DNA of 64,000 nucleotides from Candidatus Peregrinibacteria bacterium (GTDB lineage Bacteria; Patescibacteriota; Gracilibacteria; Peribacterales; Peribacteraceae): NCBI GenBank assembly GCA_043814035.1, contig JBDRKJ010000007.1:128100-192099 (forward strand). The letters are read 5' to 3'. The position numbers were made by a program, and so were the translations under genes. Positions 36,116-45,067 of this stretch are shown piece after piece. The notes under the pieces were generated by a model that saw only the letters and a list, made by a program, of their open reading frames with translations, searched no databases and was not told where the DNA came from. Position 1 is the first letter of the stretch, and each line of letters opens with the position of its first letter.

Positions 36116-36868
36116 ATGTCGTCTCATCGTGCAGAACTGCGCTCGGATGTACGAAGGCTCGTCGATCTCCTCGATGATGCCAAGAGGGCGGATCAGTTGA
36201 TGAATCCGAGAGGTACAGAGAACGTCACCGCCATGCGTTCTACTCTTAAGAAAAGGTATGCGGAGATTGTCAGTCGAGCGAAGCAGGCTGTTCGTGCAAG
36301 CCCCCGCATGACGAAAAATACGTTAGGACAGGGAGAACGTAGAGTACTCAGTGAGCTTTTACAGGTACTCAAGGAACAACGCCGTATGATTTCCACTATT
36401 CGGCCGAACGATGGGTTGCTCGAGCACTTCTGTCGGGAACTCATGCGTACGAACATCATGTATACAGAAGTTTTTCCTAGTGTTTTGGAGCAACGGATCC
36501 GCCCGCCCATTCCCCTGAGCCTCTCGCACGAGTCCATGATCCCCGACGCCAAACAGCTCCTCAGAACACTGGCCGGCACAATCTCAAAACTCGCGCGATC
36601 GGAGCCGATGGTGCACAGTCTCGACGACACGCAGAAGAAGGTTGCGCAGCTGTGTGAAACCCTACTTAAGAATTGCGAGCAGGTGGCGTTCGAGGAGCCA
36701 GCAGACGGGGCTTATCGAGAGCGGATGGCGCTCTACCACCTGGCCCAGCCTCTCCTCACACTCGTCACCGAGATCCAAACAACACTCGTGCACCTGGAGG
36801 AATGGAATCCTGTACGCCTCGGTATTTTCGTTGATTCCCTTAAAAGCATGCTTCGGCATCACTTATAA
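36116..36868 (+). CDS. Hypothetical helical protein (250 aa)
   Basis: Clean ORF with a CT-rich leader. No family recognised. Confidence 0.5.
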   Translation: MSSHRAELRSDVRRLVDLLDDAKRADQLMNPRGTENVTAMRSTLKKRYAEIVSRAKQAVRASPRMTKNTLGQGERRVLSELLQVLKEQRRMISTIRPNDGLLEHFCRELMRTNIMYTEVFPSVLEQRIRPPIPLSLSHESMIPDAKQLLRTLAGTISKLARSEPMVHSLDDTQKKVAQLCETLLKNCEQVAFEEPADGAYRERMALYHLAQPLLTLVTEIQTTLVHLEEWNPVRLGIFVDSLKSMLRHHL

Positions 36869-36920
36869 CAACAGGATATTCATTGGAGGATGACGAAAGA
36901 GCGGCTAGAATAGGCCATCT

Positions 36921-37316
36921 ATGGCAGATTCCGACGTTTGCAGATTTCAGCGCATGGGCAAAGAAGTCGCCGATGCTCTCCGTGCACGGAAAACTGTCGA
37001 CGAACAAGGCGGCAATTCTGAGGAGGAGGTGCGATCAATCCGGCTACAGGTGACGACCACGGCGCATGCCCTCCTTGTGGCTTTTAATGGATTGTACGGA
37101 AAGTTTTTTCCGGATATGGCAAACATGATCGCCATCATGGCACTGCGCGAACTGGTCCGAGACAAAATTCACACGCTTTCCGTTGATCGTCCGGTGTGTC
37201 CTCGTCACCTCGGCAATCTGCTCACCGCGCTGGAGAGCTTGTCCATCCTGAATCCCGCCGCCTTGAGCTCCCCTCTTCTAGGGCCCGAGTTCGATAAGAA
37301 GAAGGAACTGAATTGA
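36921..37316 (+). CDS. Hypothetical protein (131 aa)
   Basis: TAGAAT lies 9 nt before the ATG. No family recognised. Confidence 0.45.
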   Translation: MADSDVCRFQRMGKEVADALRARKTVDEQGGNSEEEVRSIRLQVTTTAHALLVAFNGLYGKFFPDMANMIAIMALRELVRDKIHTLSVDRPVCPRHLGNLLTALESLSILNPAALSSPLLGPEFDKKKELN

Positions 37317-37354
37317 GTTCTGCACAGCACCACCAATATTGGTAGGATAGAGAC

Positions 37355-37906
37355 ATGGAACTCACCCTCCCCTTGCTACAGGAGAAGCTAAAGGCATGGA
37401 AAGGTTGCCCACTGCACGAGAATGCGAATGCGGTACTCGGCGAAGGGAACGAACACGCGCAGGTCATGTTCATTGGCGAGGCTCCCGGTGAGCAGGAGAA
37501 CCGTCTTGGCCGACCTTTTGTAGGACCCGCTGGCAAGTTTCTCGATGAGCTGCTCGCAAGTATCGGCTTCAAACGTTCAGATGTGTACATCAGTAACGTG
37601 GTGAAGTACCGCCCACCGGCGAACCGCGATCCTACAGACGAGGAAAAGGCGCAGTGCATGCCATGGTTGCAACTCGAGATCGCACTCATCAAACCCGCAG
37701 TCATCGTACCGCTGGGACGCCACGCACTAGGGCACTTCTTCCCCAAGCTCAGCATCTCGGCCGCGCACGGCAAACCGCAGAAGCTCTCAGACTCGGTGAC
37801 AGTGTTTCCCATCTACCACCCTGCCGCCGCCCTGCACAACGGCAACTTACGCCAATCCTTGCTCGATGACTTCAAGGCACTCAGCGATTTTCTCGCATCC
37901 TCTTAA
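37355..37906 (+). CDS. Family 4-type uracil-DNA glycosylase with only two cysteines
   Basis: GEAPGEQENRLGRPFVGPAGKFLDELL, SNVVKYRPP, HPAAALH. TGGTAGGAT lies 6 nt before the ATG (leaderless). Confidence 0.85.
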   Translation: MELTLPLLQEKLKAWKGCPLHENANAVLGEGNEHAQVMFIGEAPGEQENRLGRPFVGPAGKFLDELLASIGFKRSDVYISNVVKYRPPANRDPTDEEKAQCMPWLQLEIALIKPAVIVPLGRHALGHFFPKLSISAAHGKPQKLSDSVTVFPIYHPAAALHNGNLRQSLLDDFKALSDFLASS

Positions 37907-37922
37907 GTCCTAACCCAGCACC

Positions 37923-38285
37923 ATGACTTCCCTTCTCTTCGGACTCTCGCTGGCCTCTTTACTCTCGATCACTTCACTCGTGATTATCGTGCTTCGGGTG
38001 AGCCCGCTCACGGCACCGACTCAGGCAATTCCCGCGTTCTTCTTAAGTCTCTTTCTCTCGATCAGTACCGCCGGAGCCCTGATCTTCCTCATGATCTGGA
38101 AGTGGCTCCCGACGCACAACTGGGATTCCGGCAGAGTGATGAGTGTAGCGTTGCGCGAGGGCGTCTTTTTGGCATTCGCTGTAGTGATTCTCGTAATATT
38201 CCATCTTTTGGAGCTGCTCACGTGGTGGATCGCCATTCTGATCTTTGCAGTGTTTGGATTGATTGAGCTTGCCTTGGATCAATGA
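37923..38285 (+). CDS. Hypothetical membrane protein (4 predicted TM segments)
   Basis: Hydrophobic throughout. It overlaps the pheS start by 4 nt (ATGA). Confidence 0.5.
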   Translation: MTSLLFGLSLASLLSITSLVIIVLRVSPLTAPTQAIPAFFLSLFLSISTAGALIFLMIWKWLPTHNWDSGRVMSVALREGVFLAFAVVILVIFHLLELLTWWIAILIFAVFGLIELALDQ

Positions 38286-39331
38286 CGGAAAACGCTACAC
38301 TACCCCCAGTTATGGACGAATCCCCTTCCTCTTGGCAGGACTTCGAGCGGCGACTTCAGGCTGCGAAGTCTGCTGAAGATCTTGCGGGTATCGAGCAGGA
38401 GCTCTTCGGACGCAAATCCGGTGCAATGACGCTCGCGCTCAAGGCCCTGCACGAGAAGAAACCTGACGAACGTAGGGCGGCTGCCGAGGAACTCAACACC
38501 TGGAAACGCCGACTGGAGGATCTCGTTGCCCAGCGTCGACGGGACCTTGCCAGCCCATCGGATGAAGCCTTGCGCTCTGCAGACCGCATCGACGTATCGC
38601 TGGAGTTGCCGCAGCACGAACGCGGGCATTTACACCTCATTCCCGAATTTATCCGGCAGGTGGAAGAAGTCTTCGGCCGTATGGGATTCGATATCGCCGA
38701 CGGTCCCGAGATCGAAACAGAGGAATTCAACTTCAACCTGCTCAATATTCCATGTGATCACCCCGCCCGCGATGCGCAAGACACCTTCTGGATCAAGACG
38801 AAGAATGCGAAGGATCGTCTGCTGCTACGCACCCAGACCTCTCCCATGCAGATTCGCTACATGCAAAGTCACAAGCCACCGTTGCGCGTGATCGCGCCGG
38901 GCAAGGTATACCGCAAGGATTCCGATGCCACGCACTCCCCCATGTTCCACCAGTTCGAGGGATTGATGATCGGAGAAGATGTGACACTGGCAAACATGAA
39001 AGCTGTGATGATCACCGCCATCCGTGAGCTCGTATCATCCACCGCGGAGTTTCGCTTCCGCACGGGGTTCTTCCCGTTCGTCGAACCAGGTCTGGAAGTG
39101 GATATGCGCTGGCAGGGGGATGAAGAAGACAGCCGCGAGGGTAAGTGGCTCGAAGTTGTGGGCTGCGGCATGGTGCATCCCAACGTGCTCAAGAATTGCG
39201 GCATTGATCCAAAGAAATATCAGGGCTTCGCCTTCGGCTTCGGTGTGGAGCGCATGCTGATGATTAAGCACCAGATTCCGGACCTGCGTGCGTTCTTTGA
39301 GGGAGACTTAAGGTTTTTGCGGCAGTTCTAG
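38282..39331 (+). CDS. pheS: Phenylalanine--tRNA ligase alpha subunit
   Basis: HPARDAQDTFW, LLRTQTSPMQIR, GKVYRKDSDATHSPMFHQFEG, FRTGFFPFVEPG, GCGMVHPNVL, GFAFGFGVERM. No pheT follows it. Confidence 0.95.
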   Translation: MTENATLPPVMDESPSSWQDFERRLQAAKSAEDLAGIEQELFGRKSGAMTLALKALHEKKPDERRAAAEELNTWKRRLEDLVAQRRRDLASPSDEALRSADRIDVSLELPQHERGHLHLIPEFIRQVEEVFGRMGFDIADGPEIETEEFNFNLLNIPCDHPARDAQDTFWIKTKNAKDRLLLRTQTSPMQIRYMQSHKPPLRVIAPGKVYRKDSDATHSPMFHQFEGLMIGEDVTLANMKAVMITAIRELVSSTAEFRFRTGFFPFVEPGLEVDMRWQGDEEDSREGKWLEVVGCGMVHPNVLKNCGIDPKKYQGFAFGFGVERMLMIKHQIPDLRAFFEGDLRFLRQF

Positions 39332-39594
39332 TCGTTCTGTCGTGGCGACCTGTATTCACTGGGATCTCCTGACAAGGGATAGACGCCACGGTGGTCCACA
39401 GGCTCGCTCACTTCATCGGGATCCGGCTGGAACGCACGATGCTCTCCGATCTCGACCAACGGGGTATTGCGGATCTCACGCATTGCGGCTTGCATCAGGG
39501 CTTCCAGCTCCTTTTGCACTGCAACATCACCGGCAAGAGCAGCGAAATAGTCTTCGGGCAAAGGTGTAACGGCGCTTTCAGAGAGTGACATCAT
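39328..39594 (-). CDS. Hypothetical acidic protein (88 aa)
   Basis: On the minus strand, TATCAT (39606-39601) lies exactly 6 nt before the ATG, which is the leaderless promoter pattern. No family recognised. Confidence 0.45.
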   Translation of the reverse strand: MMSLSESAVTPLPEDYFAALAGDVAVQKELEALMQAAMREIRNTPLVEIGEHRAFQPDPDEVSEPVDHRGVYPLSGDPSEYRSPRQND

Positions 39595-39624
39595 ACTGAA
39601 ATGATAAACTATTATTTTTAATTA

Positions 39625-40335
39625 TCAAATTCCGACATGGAATGGGTTGAAATTCGTATGACGGTCGTAGAAATCTTCCTGCTCCCTTTTTTTAAGGAAC
39701 CCGACAATGCGATATGTCACGGGTGTGAAGAGTACTTCGATGCCCACCTTGAGCAGGTAGTTGCTCACAATAAGACTGAGGGCAATCGCCCAGGGGAAGA
39801 CGCCAAAACTGCAGGCCAACGTGATGAACACGACGGTATCGAACCCCTCGCCGACGAGTGTCGAGCCGATGGTACGTACCCACAGATAACGACCCTGCAT
39901 CCACACCTTCATCTTGGCGAGGATGAAGGAGTTACTAAATTCCCCGAAGAGGTATGCAAGCATACTGGCTGCGACAATGCCGCCGGAGCTGACACTGCCG
40001 AGGATGGCACCAAAAGCCTGGTCACCTGCATACCCCAGCCACGCCTCTTCGCCAGGGAGAACTGCAATGAGCCAGAGACATGCACTCATAGCAAGAGAAG
40101 CGGCAAACCCCGTCCAGATCACGCGCCGGGAACGCGCGTAGCCGTACACCTCGGTGAGAATGTCGCCGAAGATGTAACTTAATGGGAAAAGGAGCGTTCC
40201 GCCGTCGAACGAAAGCCGAAGACCAAAAATCGAAACACCCGCATCCACGATCTTGGCTGAAGATGCAATATTGCTGACGAGCAGCACAGCCACAAACGCT
40301 GCCATCACGAAGTCGAAATAACGGTAGGAACGCAT
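39625..40335 (-). CDS. yhhQ: Queuosine-precursor transporter (YhhQ/DUF165, VUT family)
   Basis: LVSNIASSAKIV...FDGGTLLFPLSYIFGDILTEVYGYARSRRVIWTGF, plus six TM segments. Confidence 0.85.
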   Translation of the reverse strand: MRSYRYFDFVMAAFVAVLLVSNIASSAKIVDAGVSIFGLRLSFDGGTLLFPLSYIFGDILTEVYGYARSRRVIWTGFAASLAMSACLWLIAVLPGEEAWLGYAGDQAFGAILGSVSSGGIVAASMLAYLFGEFSNSFILAKMKVWMQGRYLWVRTIGSTLVGEGFDTVVFITLACSFGVFPWAIALSLIVSNYLLKVGIEVLFTPVTYRIVGFLKKREQEDFYDRHTNFNPFHVGI

Positions 40336-40341
40336 GGAACG

Positions 40342-40380
40342 ATTATACGTTACTCGTTGGCTAGTTGCTCGTTACTCGTT
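40342..40380 (-). promoter_or_regulatory. Leaderless yhhQ promoter (TATAAT-N6-ATG) with two 11-nt direct repeats over the spacer/-35 region
   Basis: TATAAT (reverse complement of 40342-40347). CGTTACTCGTT occurs at 40348-40358 and again at 40370-40380, a 22-nt period. Confidence 0.45.
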
Positions 40381-40437
40381 ACACATTGCCATGCTCCCCG
40401 ATCAAGAAACGAGCCAACGAGAAACGAGCTACAGACG

Positions 40438-41070
40438 TCATGTCCCCCACTGTTCCGGATCCCGAATGAACCGTCGCGCTGTTTCAATGTCCTCTTCCGA
40501 CAACCGTCCCTGCGCACTCGCCACATCGAGCAGGATGGAAAATGTGGAGAGCGGATGCAGGTGGACTTGCGCGATTTGCGCCTTCTCGGTCGCCTCGAGC
40601 AGTTCGTAGCTGAAGATTGCCACGACATCGGAGATGGTGGCTTTGCCTTCATTGCGCAGTGCTTCGACAGACGAAACGGCACTGCCACCGGTCGAGAGCA
40701 GATCCTCTATGAGGACCACATGTTTCTCAGGTCTAAGATCACCTTCGATGAGCTTCTTCGCCCCGTGCTCCTTGGCCTTGGCGCGCACGTAGACGAAAGG
40801 CAGATTCATACGATCCGCCACGAGTGCCGCCCATCCAATGGCCGCCATAGCTGTTCCCGCAATACAATCGGGGGGAACTGTGAGCGAGTGCACGCGAGAG
40901 ACGAATGCATCCACAACGAACTTGCGCGCATCGGGATGACTGTAGAGCATGCGGTTATCGCAGTAGATCGGAGATTTGATACCGCTCGTCCAGGTGAAAG
41001 GCGGATCCACCGAAAGCTTCACGGCACCGATATTGAGAAGGAGTTCCGCGATACGTTGTCCGTGGGGCAA
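40438..41070 (-). CDS. pyrE: Orotate phosphoribosyltransferase
   Basis: FTWTSGIKSPIYCDNR, and the PRPP motif VVLIEDLLSTGGS. TTG start, preceded by ACTTCCCCCTCCTCCC. Confidence 0.9.
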   Translation of the reverse strand: MPHGQRIAELLLNIGAVKLSVDPPFTWTSGIKSPIYCDNRMLYSHPDARKFVVDAFVSRVHSLTVPPDCIAGTAMAAIGWAALVADRMNLPFVYVRAKAKEHGAKKLIEGDLRPEKHVVLIEDLLSTGGSAVSSVEALRNEGKATISDVVAIFSYELLEATEKAQIAQVHLHPLSTFSILLDVASAQGRLSEEDIETARRFIRDPEQWGT

Positions 41071-41128
41071 GGGAGGAGGGGGAAGTGTATCCTGACGCTA
41101 CCATGTTCACTCCCGACCCTCAATTCCC

Positions 41129-41806
41129 ATGATCACCGAAGAGATGCGAAGTCGGCTCGAGCGGCTTCGCGATGCCTTCCTCACAGAGAATGCGAAACTG
41201 AATCTCTCCGCCTTCCGCACGCCGGAAACCTGCTGGACAGGGAACATTCTGGATTCGGTGGCCGCACTTGAAACGAAATCACTGCGTGATCAACAACCGC
41301 TGCGCATTCTCGACCTCGGCACGGGAGGAGGATTTCCACTCCTGCCACTCGCTCTTGGATTGCCCCAATGCACCTTCGTGGGCATGGACGCCACCCAGAA
41401 GAAGATTGCAGCTGTTCAACGCATCATCGATACGCTCAAGATCCCTCGTGTCACACTCGTCTGCGGACGCTCCGAAGAACTTGCCCGTGACAGCGCGCAC
41501 CGCGAGCAGTACGACGTGGTCCTCTGCCGGGCGATAGCGGAACTCAACGTGCTCTTAGAACTCGCCGCCCCGTTTGCGAAAGTTGGAGGCGCCATCCTCT
41601 GCTGGAAGAGTTTGAAGATTGATGAGGAGCTTAAAAGTTCCCTCCTCGCCCGATCCGAGCTCTCGTGCCAGATGGAGCAACCGTACGAGTACGACTTGGG
41701 CAGCACGTGGGGCAAGCGGCAGATCCTCGTGTTCACAAAACGCGCGAAGACGCATGCGAAGTACCCGCGTGCAGTGGGCGAGCCGAAGAAGAGGCCGATC
41801 CTCTGA
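41129..41806 (+). CDS. rsmG: 16S rRNA (guanine527-N7)-methyltransferase
   Basis: ILDLGTGGGFPLLPLAL, VGMDATQKKI, GRSEEL, RAIA. These are typical GidB/RsmG motifs. Confidence 0.85.
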   Translation: MITEEMRSRLERLRDAFLTENAKLNLSAFRTPETCWTGNILDSVAALETKSLRDQQPLRILDLGTGGGFPLLPLALGLPQCTFVGMDATQKKIAAVQRIIDTLKIPRVTLVCGRSEELARDSAHREQYDVVLCRAIAELNVLLELAAPFAKVGGAILCWKSLKIDEELKSSLLARSELSCQMEQPYEYDLGSTWGKRQILVFTKRAKTHAKYPRAVGEPKKRPIL

Positions 41807-41809
41807 CGT

Positions 41810-42013
41810 TCAGCCCTCGCCTTCACCCTCCATAGATCCAAGAACCTTCCTTACTCTTTTTCGTAGCCCCGGAATACCCAAGCCACCCTCGAAATTTGCC
41901 CTGCTCGGCTTGCGCCTCGGTGCACGTTCCGCAGCAGTAATGATACTGCCATCGGGACGACGTGCGAGTTCCTCGAATGTCTTGCTGCGCGTTGTATGCG
42001 GTTCGTGCCTCAT
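41810..42013 (-). CDS. Small basic protein (67 aa), hypothetical
   Basis: A near-consensus minus-strand promoter, TTGACA-N16-TAAAAT, ends exactly 6 nt before its ATG. No family recognised. Confidence 0.45.
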   Translation of the reverse strand: MRHEPHTTRSKTFEELARRPDGSIITAAERAPRRKPSRANFEGGLGIPGLRKRVRKVLGSMEGEGEG

Positions 42014-42019
42014 AGAAGC

Positions 42020-42065
42020 ATTTTAAAGTTCTTTTTGACTCTGTCAATTACAGCTCTGGTAAAAT
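42020..42065. promoter_or_regulatory. Back-to-back divergent leaderless promoters
   Basis: Minus strand: TTGACA (42047-42042), TAAAAT (42025-42020), ATG at 42013. Plus strand: TTGACT (42035-42040), TGGTAAAAT (42057-42065), ATG at 42072. The two -35 boxes form TTGACtcTGTCAA. Confidence 0.5.
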
Positions 42066-42071
42066 TTCCGC

Positions 42072-42665
42072 ATGCCTAAGCGCTACATCCCCAATGATGC
42101 GTGGAGTCGAAAGGCGGCGAAAGATGGCTACCGGGCCCGCTCGGTTTATAAACTCATGGAAATCGACGAGCGGTTCAGGCTGCTTAAGCCCGGACAGACG
42201 GTAGTGGATCTCGCTGCTGCGCCAGGCAGCTGGCTGCAGTACGTGAGTGAGCGCATCGGCCCCAAGGGGCTCGCCATCGGATTCGACCTGCAGGCCATCG
42301 AGCCCATTGCCGAGAACGTGCGAACGTTTCAGCAAGACATCAATGAGCCGGAGAAGATTGACTCGCTGCTCGAGGCAGAACACTTGCCCGCCATCGACCT
42401 CGTGCTTTCGGATATCGCCCCCTCCACGAGCGGTATCCGGGATGTGGATCAGTGGCGATCGATCGAGCTCAATCAAGTCGTGCTCGCAATCGCAAATCGG
42501 TGGCTCAAACCCGGCGGCCACTGTGTAATCAAAGTCTTTCGCGGAGCGGATTTTGATGAGTTCTTGCGCGACGTAAAAAGAGACTGGAAAGATGTGAAGA
42601 TCGTCATGCCCCATGCAAGTCGTGACCGCAGCAAGGAGGTGTATCTGGTCATGAGAAAACCGTAA
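42072..42665 (+). CDS. rlmE: 23S rRNA (uridine2552-2'-O)-methyltransferase RlmE/FtsJ
   Basis: YRARSVYKL.EID..F.LLKPG..VVDLAAAPGSW, DLVLSD.AP..SG, KVF.G. Confidence 0.9.
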   Translation: MPKRYIPNDAWSRKAAKDGYRARSVYKLMEIDERFRLLKPGQTVVDLAAAPGSWLQYVSERIGPKGLAIGFDLQAIEPIAENVRTFQQDINEPEKIDSLLEAEHLPAIDLVLSDIAPSTSGIRDVDQWRSIELNQVVLAIANRWLKPGGHCVIKVFRGADFDEFLRDVKRDWKDVKIVMPHASRDRSKEVYLVMRKP

Positions 42666-42724
42666 GACGCAATGGCCATGAGAAGTGGAATGCTCCGAGT
42701 GCGGAATGCGGTATACTGATTTCC

Positions 42725-43510
42725 ATGATTGTACTCAGGGAGGTTTCGAAAACCTTCGGGAAGAACACCGTGCTCGATCACATTTCACTCACGATCAATC
42801 CGGGCGAGTTCGTGTGTGTGGTCGGTCCCAGTGGTGCTGGTAAGACAACGTTGCTCGAGCTGCTCATCGGCGCACAACGTGCAACAGAGGGCGTCGTCGA
42901 AGTGGATGAAGTGGACCTGCGTATCATTCCCCCATCGATCCTCCAGCTCTATCGGCGCAGGGTTGGATTTGTTTTTCAGAATGATCGCCTGATTTCCCAC
43001 CGCACCGTGGCCGAAAACTGCGCGCTCCCGCTTGAGGCAAGTGGGTGGCACGATGCCGCTATTCAACAACGCACCGCTGATGTTCTTCAGATCCTAGGGC
43101 TCTCTGCCCTCGCTTCGACTCTGCCGGCAGATCTTTCGGGCGGCGAGCGCTCATGCGTGGCAATTGCCCGAGCCGTCATCCACGAGCCGATGATTTTGCT
43201 GGCCGACGAACCGACGGGGAACCTCGATCCTCAGCAATCGATGGAAATTCTCAGGCTCTTTCAGCAGATCCACCAAAGTGGAACCACCGTCGTGCTTGCC
43301 ACACACGACAGCGGCCTGGTGGAGGCACTACAGACGCGTGTCGTTCACCTGCAGGCAGGCAAGATCGTGCAGGATGGGGCGGGCGGCTATCCCTCCGCCA
43401 CTCCCACACAAGCCGCCAAGCACGAAATCCTCGCTAAAGAGCCGGCGAAGAGCTCTGGGGAGGAACCACCGGAAAAGAGAAAAATCAAAATTACGGCGAT
43501 TCACTCGTAG
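42725..43510 (+). CDS. ftsE: FtsE-like ABC ATPase with a C-terminal low-complexity extension
   Basis: Walker A GPSGAGKTT, signature LSGGERSCVAIARA, Walker B ILLADEPTGNLD, H-loop ATHD. TATACT lies 7 nt before the ATG. No FtsX-like permease is adjacent. Confidence 0.7.
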   Translation: MIVLREVSKTFGKNTVLDHISLTINPGEFVCVVGPSGAGKTTLLELLIGAQRATEGVVEVDEVDLRIIPPSILQLYRRRVGFVFQNDRLISHRTVAENCALPLEASGWHDAAIQQRTADVLQILGLSALASTLPADLSGGERSCVAIARAVIHEPMILLADEPTGNLDPQQSMEILRLFQQIHQSGTTVVLATHDSGLVEALQTRVVHLQAGKIVQDGAGGYPSATPTQAAKHEILAKEPAKSSGEEPPEKRKIKITAIHS

Positions 43511-43937
43511 GGCTCTCTGCGCTGGGCTTCTGCTGCACAGGTAAGACCAATTTTGGTTCGGTGAGCGACACAAACCGAATCAGGGCACCGCTGATGAGTA
43601 CGAAGTACACCATCTCGGGCAGCAGAACCGTGAAAGGCATCATGCCACGCGAGAGCAGCACGACATCGGCAACGAAGAGTGCGAAAAAGTGCAACAGCAG
43701 CGCAAGCGAGAGTAGGCGGAACCCTTCAGGACGCAGAAATGCGAGCAGCGCGAGTGCGGCAAGCACGAAGAACAAGGCACCGTGTTGCAGCGAAAAGTAG
43801 AAGTGCAGCGGATCCACAGGTGGTACACCGTAGAGCCGTTCCACCAGTGATGGCGAGAAAAAGAAGAGCGACGCGAATGAGAGATTGATGGCACAGGCGA
43901 TGAAGAGGACCGCCCGAAGGCTGCGGGAATTCTGCAT
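43491..43937 (-). CDS. Hypothetical membrane protein (148 aa, 4 TM)
   Basis: The start is set at internal ATG 43937, preceded by TACGAT-N6. The longer ORF to 44201 overlaps purM antisense. Confidence 0.45.
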   Translation of the reverse strand: MQNSRSLRAVLFIACAINLSFASLFFFSPSLVERLYGVPPVDPLHFYFSLQHGALFFVLAALALLAFLRPEGFRLLSLALLLHFFALFVADVVLLSRGMMPFTVLLPEMVYFVLISGALIRFVSLTEPKLVLPVQQKPSAESPTSESP

Positions 43938-43987
43938 GACAACATCGTACCTTCTCTTGTGATCTTCGGCTATGCTACAAACCGACC

Positions 43988-45061
43988 ATGGCCACGTACA
44001 AAGACGCCGGCGTTGACATTCGCGAGGGAGATCGCGCATCTGCACTCGCCTATGCTCATGCTGCTTCGACATTTGCCTCGCGTAAAGATTTGGTGGGAAA
44101 ACCCATCGAGGAGAAAGACGGCTATGGAGGGTTTCTCGATATGGGCGACCACTACCTCGTGATGAGTGATGATTCCACGGGATCCAAGATTGACCTCGCA
44201 TTCGATGTGGGCAAATACGACACTCTGGGTTTTGACCTCGCCGCTATGGTGGCCGACGACGCCGTCTGTACGGGTGCGGAGCCCATCGCCATCTCGAATA
44301 CAATCGACGTGCCAAAAATTGACGCCACGATCATTGATCAACTGATGGGCGGGCTTGCCAAGGCGTGCACTGCCCAGAAGATCGTCGTACCTGCTGGCGA
44401 GATCGCCGAGGTACCCGGTGCTGTGACGCGAGGGGTGTGGAGCGCGACTGTCATCGGCATCGTGGCCAAAGATCGCGTACTGAAACCGGAAACGATTAAG
44501 CCGGGTGACGCCATCATTGCTCTTAAAGATCCCGTCGCGCGGAGTAACGGCTTCTCGCTTATTCGTTCGATCCTCGCAAAAGCACACGGCAACGACTGGT
44601 TCAAAAAAGAGTGGAAGGATGGCACCACGTGGGGCGAAGTCTTCCTCACGCCGAGTGTCATCTACTCCGCTGCGATTCTCTCGCTCACAGGGCGCCACGG
44701 TGAACCCGTGCACGTTCCTGTGAAGGGCGTGGCGCACATCACGGGGGGCGGCATCCCGAGCAAACTTAAGCGCGTGCTCAAGAAGTCTAAGTGCGGTGCA
44801 ACACTCACGGACTTATGGTCACCGCATGAAGCACTGCTCGACGTGATCAAGCTGGGGAATGTTCCTGTGGAGGAAGCGTATCTCACCTGGCACATGGGCA
44901 GCGGCATGCTGGTGATTTTGGAAGAGAAGAATGTGAAAAAAGCACTAGAGCTCCTTGCGGCAAGCAATGTCGAAGCCAAGCAGGCAGGAACGGTGACGCA
45001 AGAGCCATCGATCGACATCAGTGCATTCGACGGCAAAGTGCTTCACTTTGCGGTTAATTGA
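43988..45061 (+). CDS. purM: Phosphoribosylformylglycinamidine cyclo-ligase (AIR synthetase)
   Basis: YKDAGVDI, GGF, DDSTGSKIDLA, MVADDAVCTGAEP, HITGGG. Confidence 0.92.
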   Translation: MATYKDAGVDIREGDRASALAYAHAASTFASRKDLVGKPIEEKDGYGGFLDMGDHYLVMSDDSTGSKIDLAFDVGKYDTLGFDLAAMVADDAVCTGAEPIAISNTIDVPKIDATIIDQLMGGLAKACTAQKIVVPAGEIAEVPGAVTRGVWSATVIGIVAKDRVLKPETIKPGDAIIALKDPVARSNGFSLIRSILAKAHGNDWFKKEWKDGTTWGEVFLTPSVIYSAAILSLTGRHGEPVHVPVKGVAHITGGGIPSKLKRVLKKSKCGATLTDLWSPHEALLDVIKLGNVPVEEAYLTWHMGSGMLVILEEKNVKKALELLAASNVEAKQAGTVTQEPSIDISAFDGKVLHFAVN

Positions 45062-45067
45062 GGGACA

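Noticed and set aside
40336-40437. A preQ1 riboswitch upstream of yhhQ.
   Set aside because: The -10 element lies 6 nt from the ATG, so there is no 5' UTR. No preQ1-I-like hairpin with an A-rich tail is present.
42725-43937. An FtsEX pair.
   Set aside because: The gene after the ftsE-like gene is on the opposite strand. It encodes a small 4-TM protein with no resemblance to FtsX, so only the ATPase is called.
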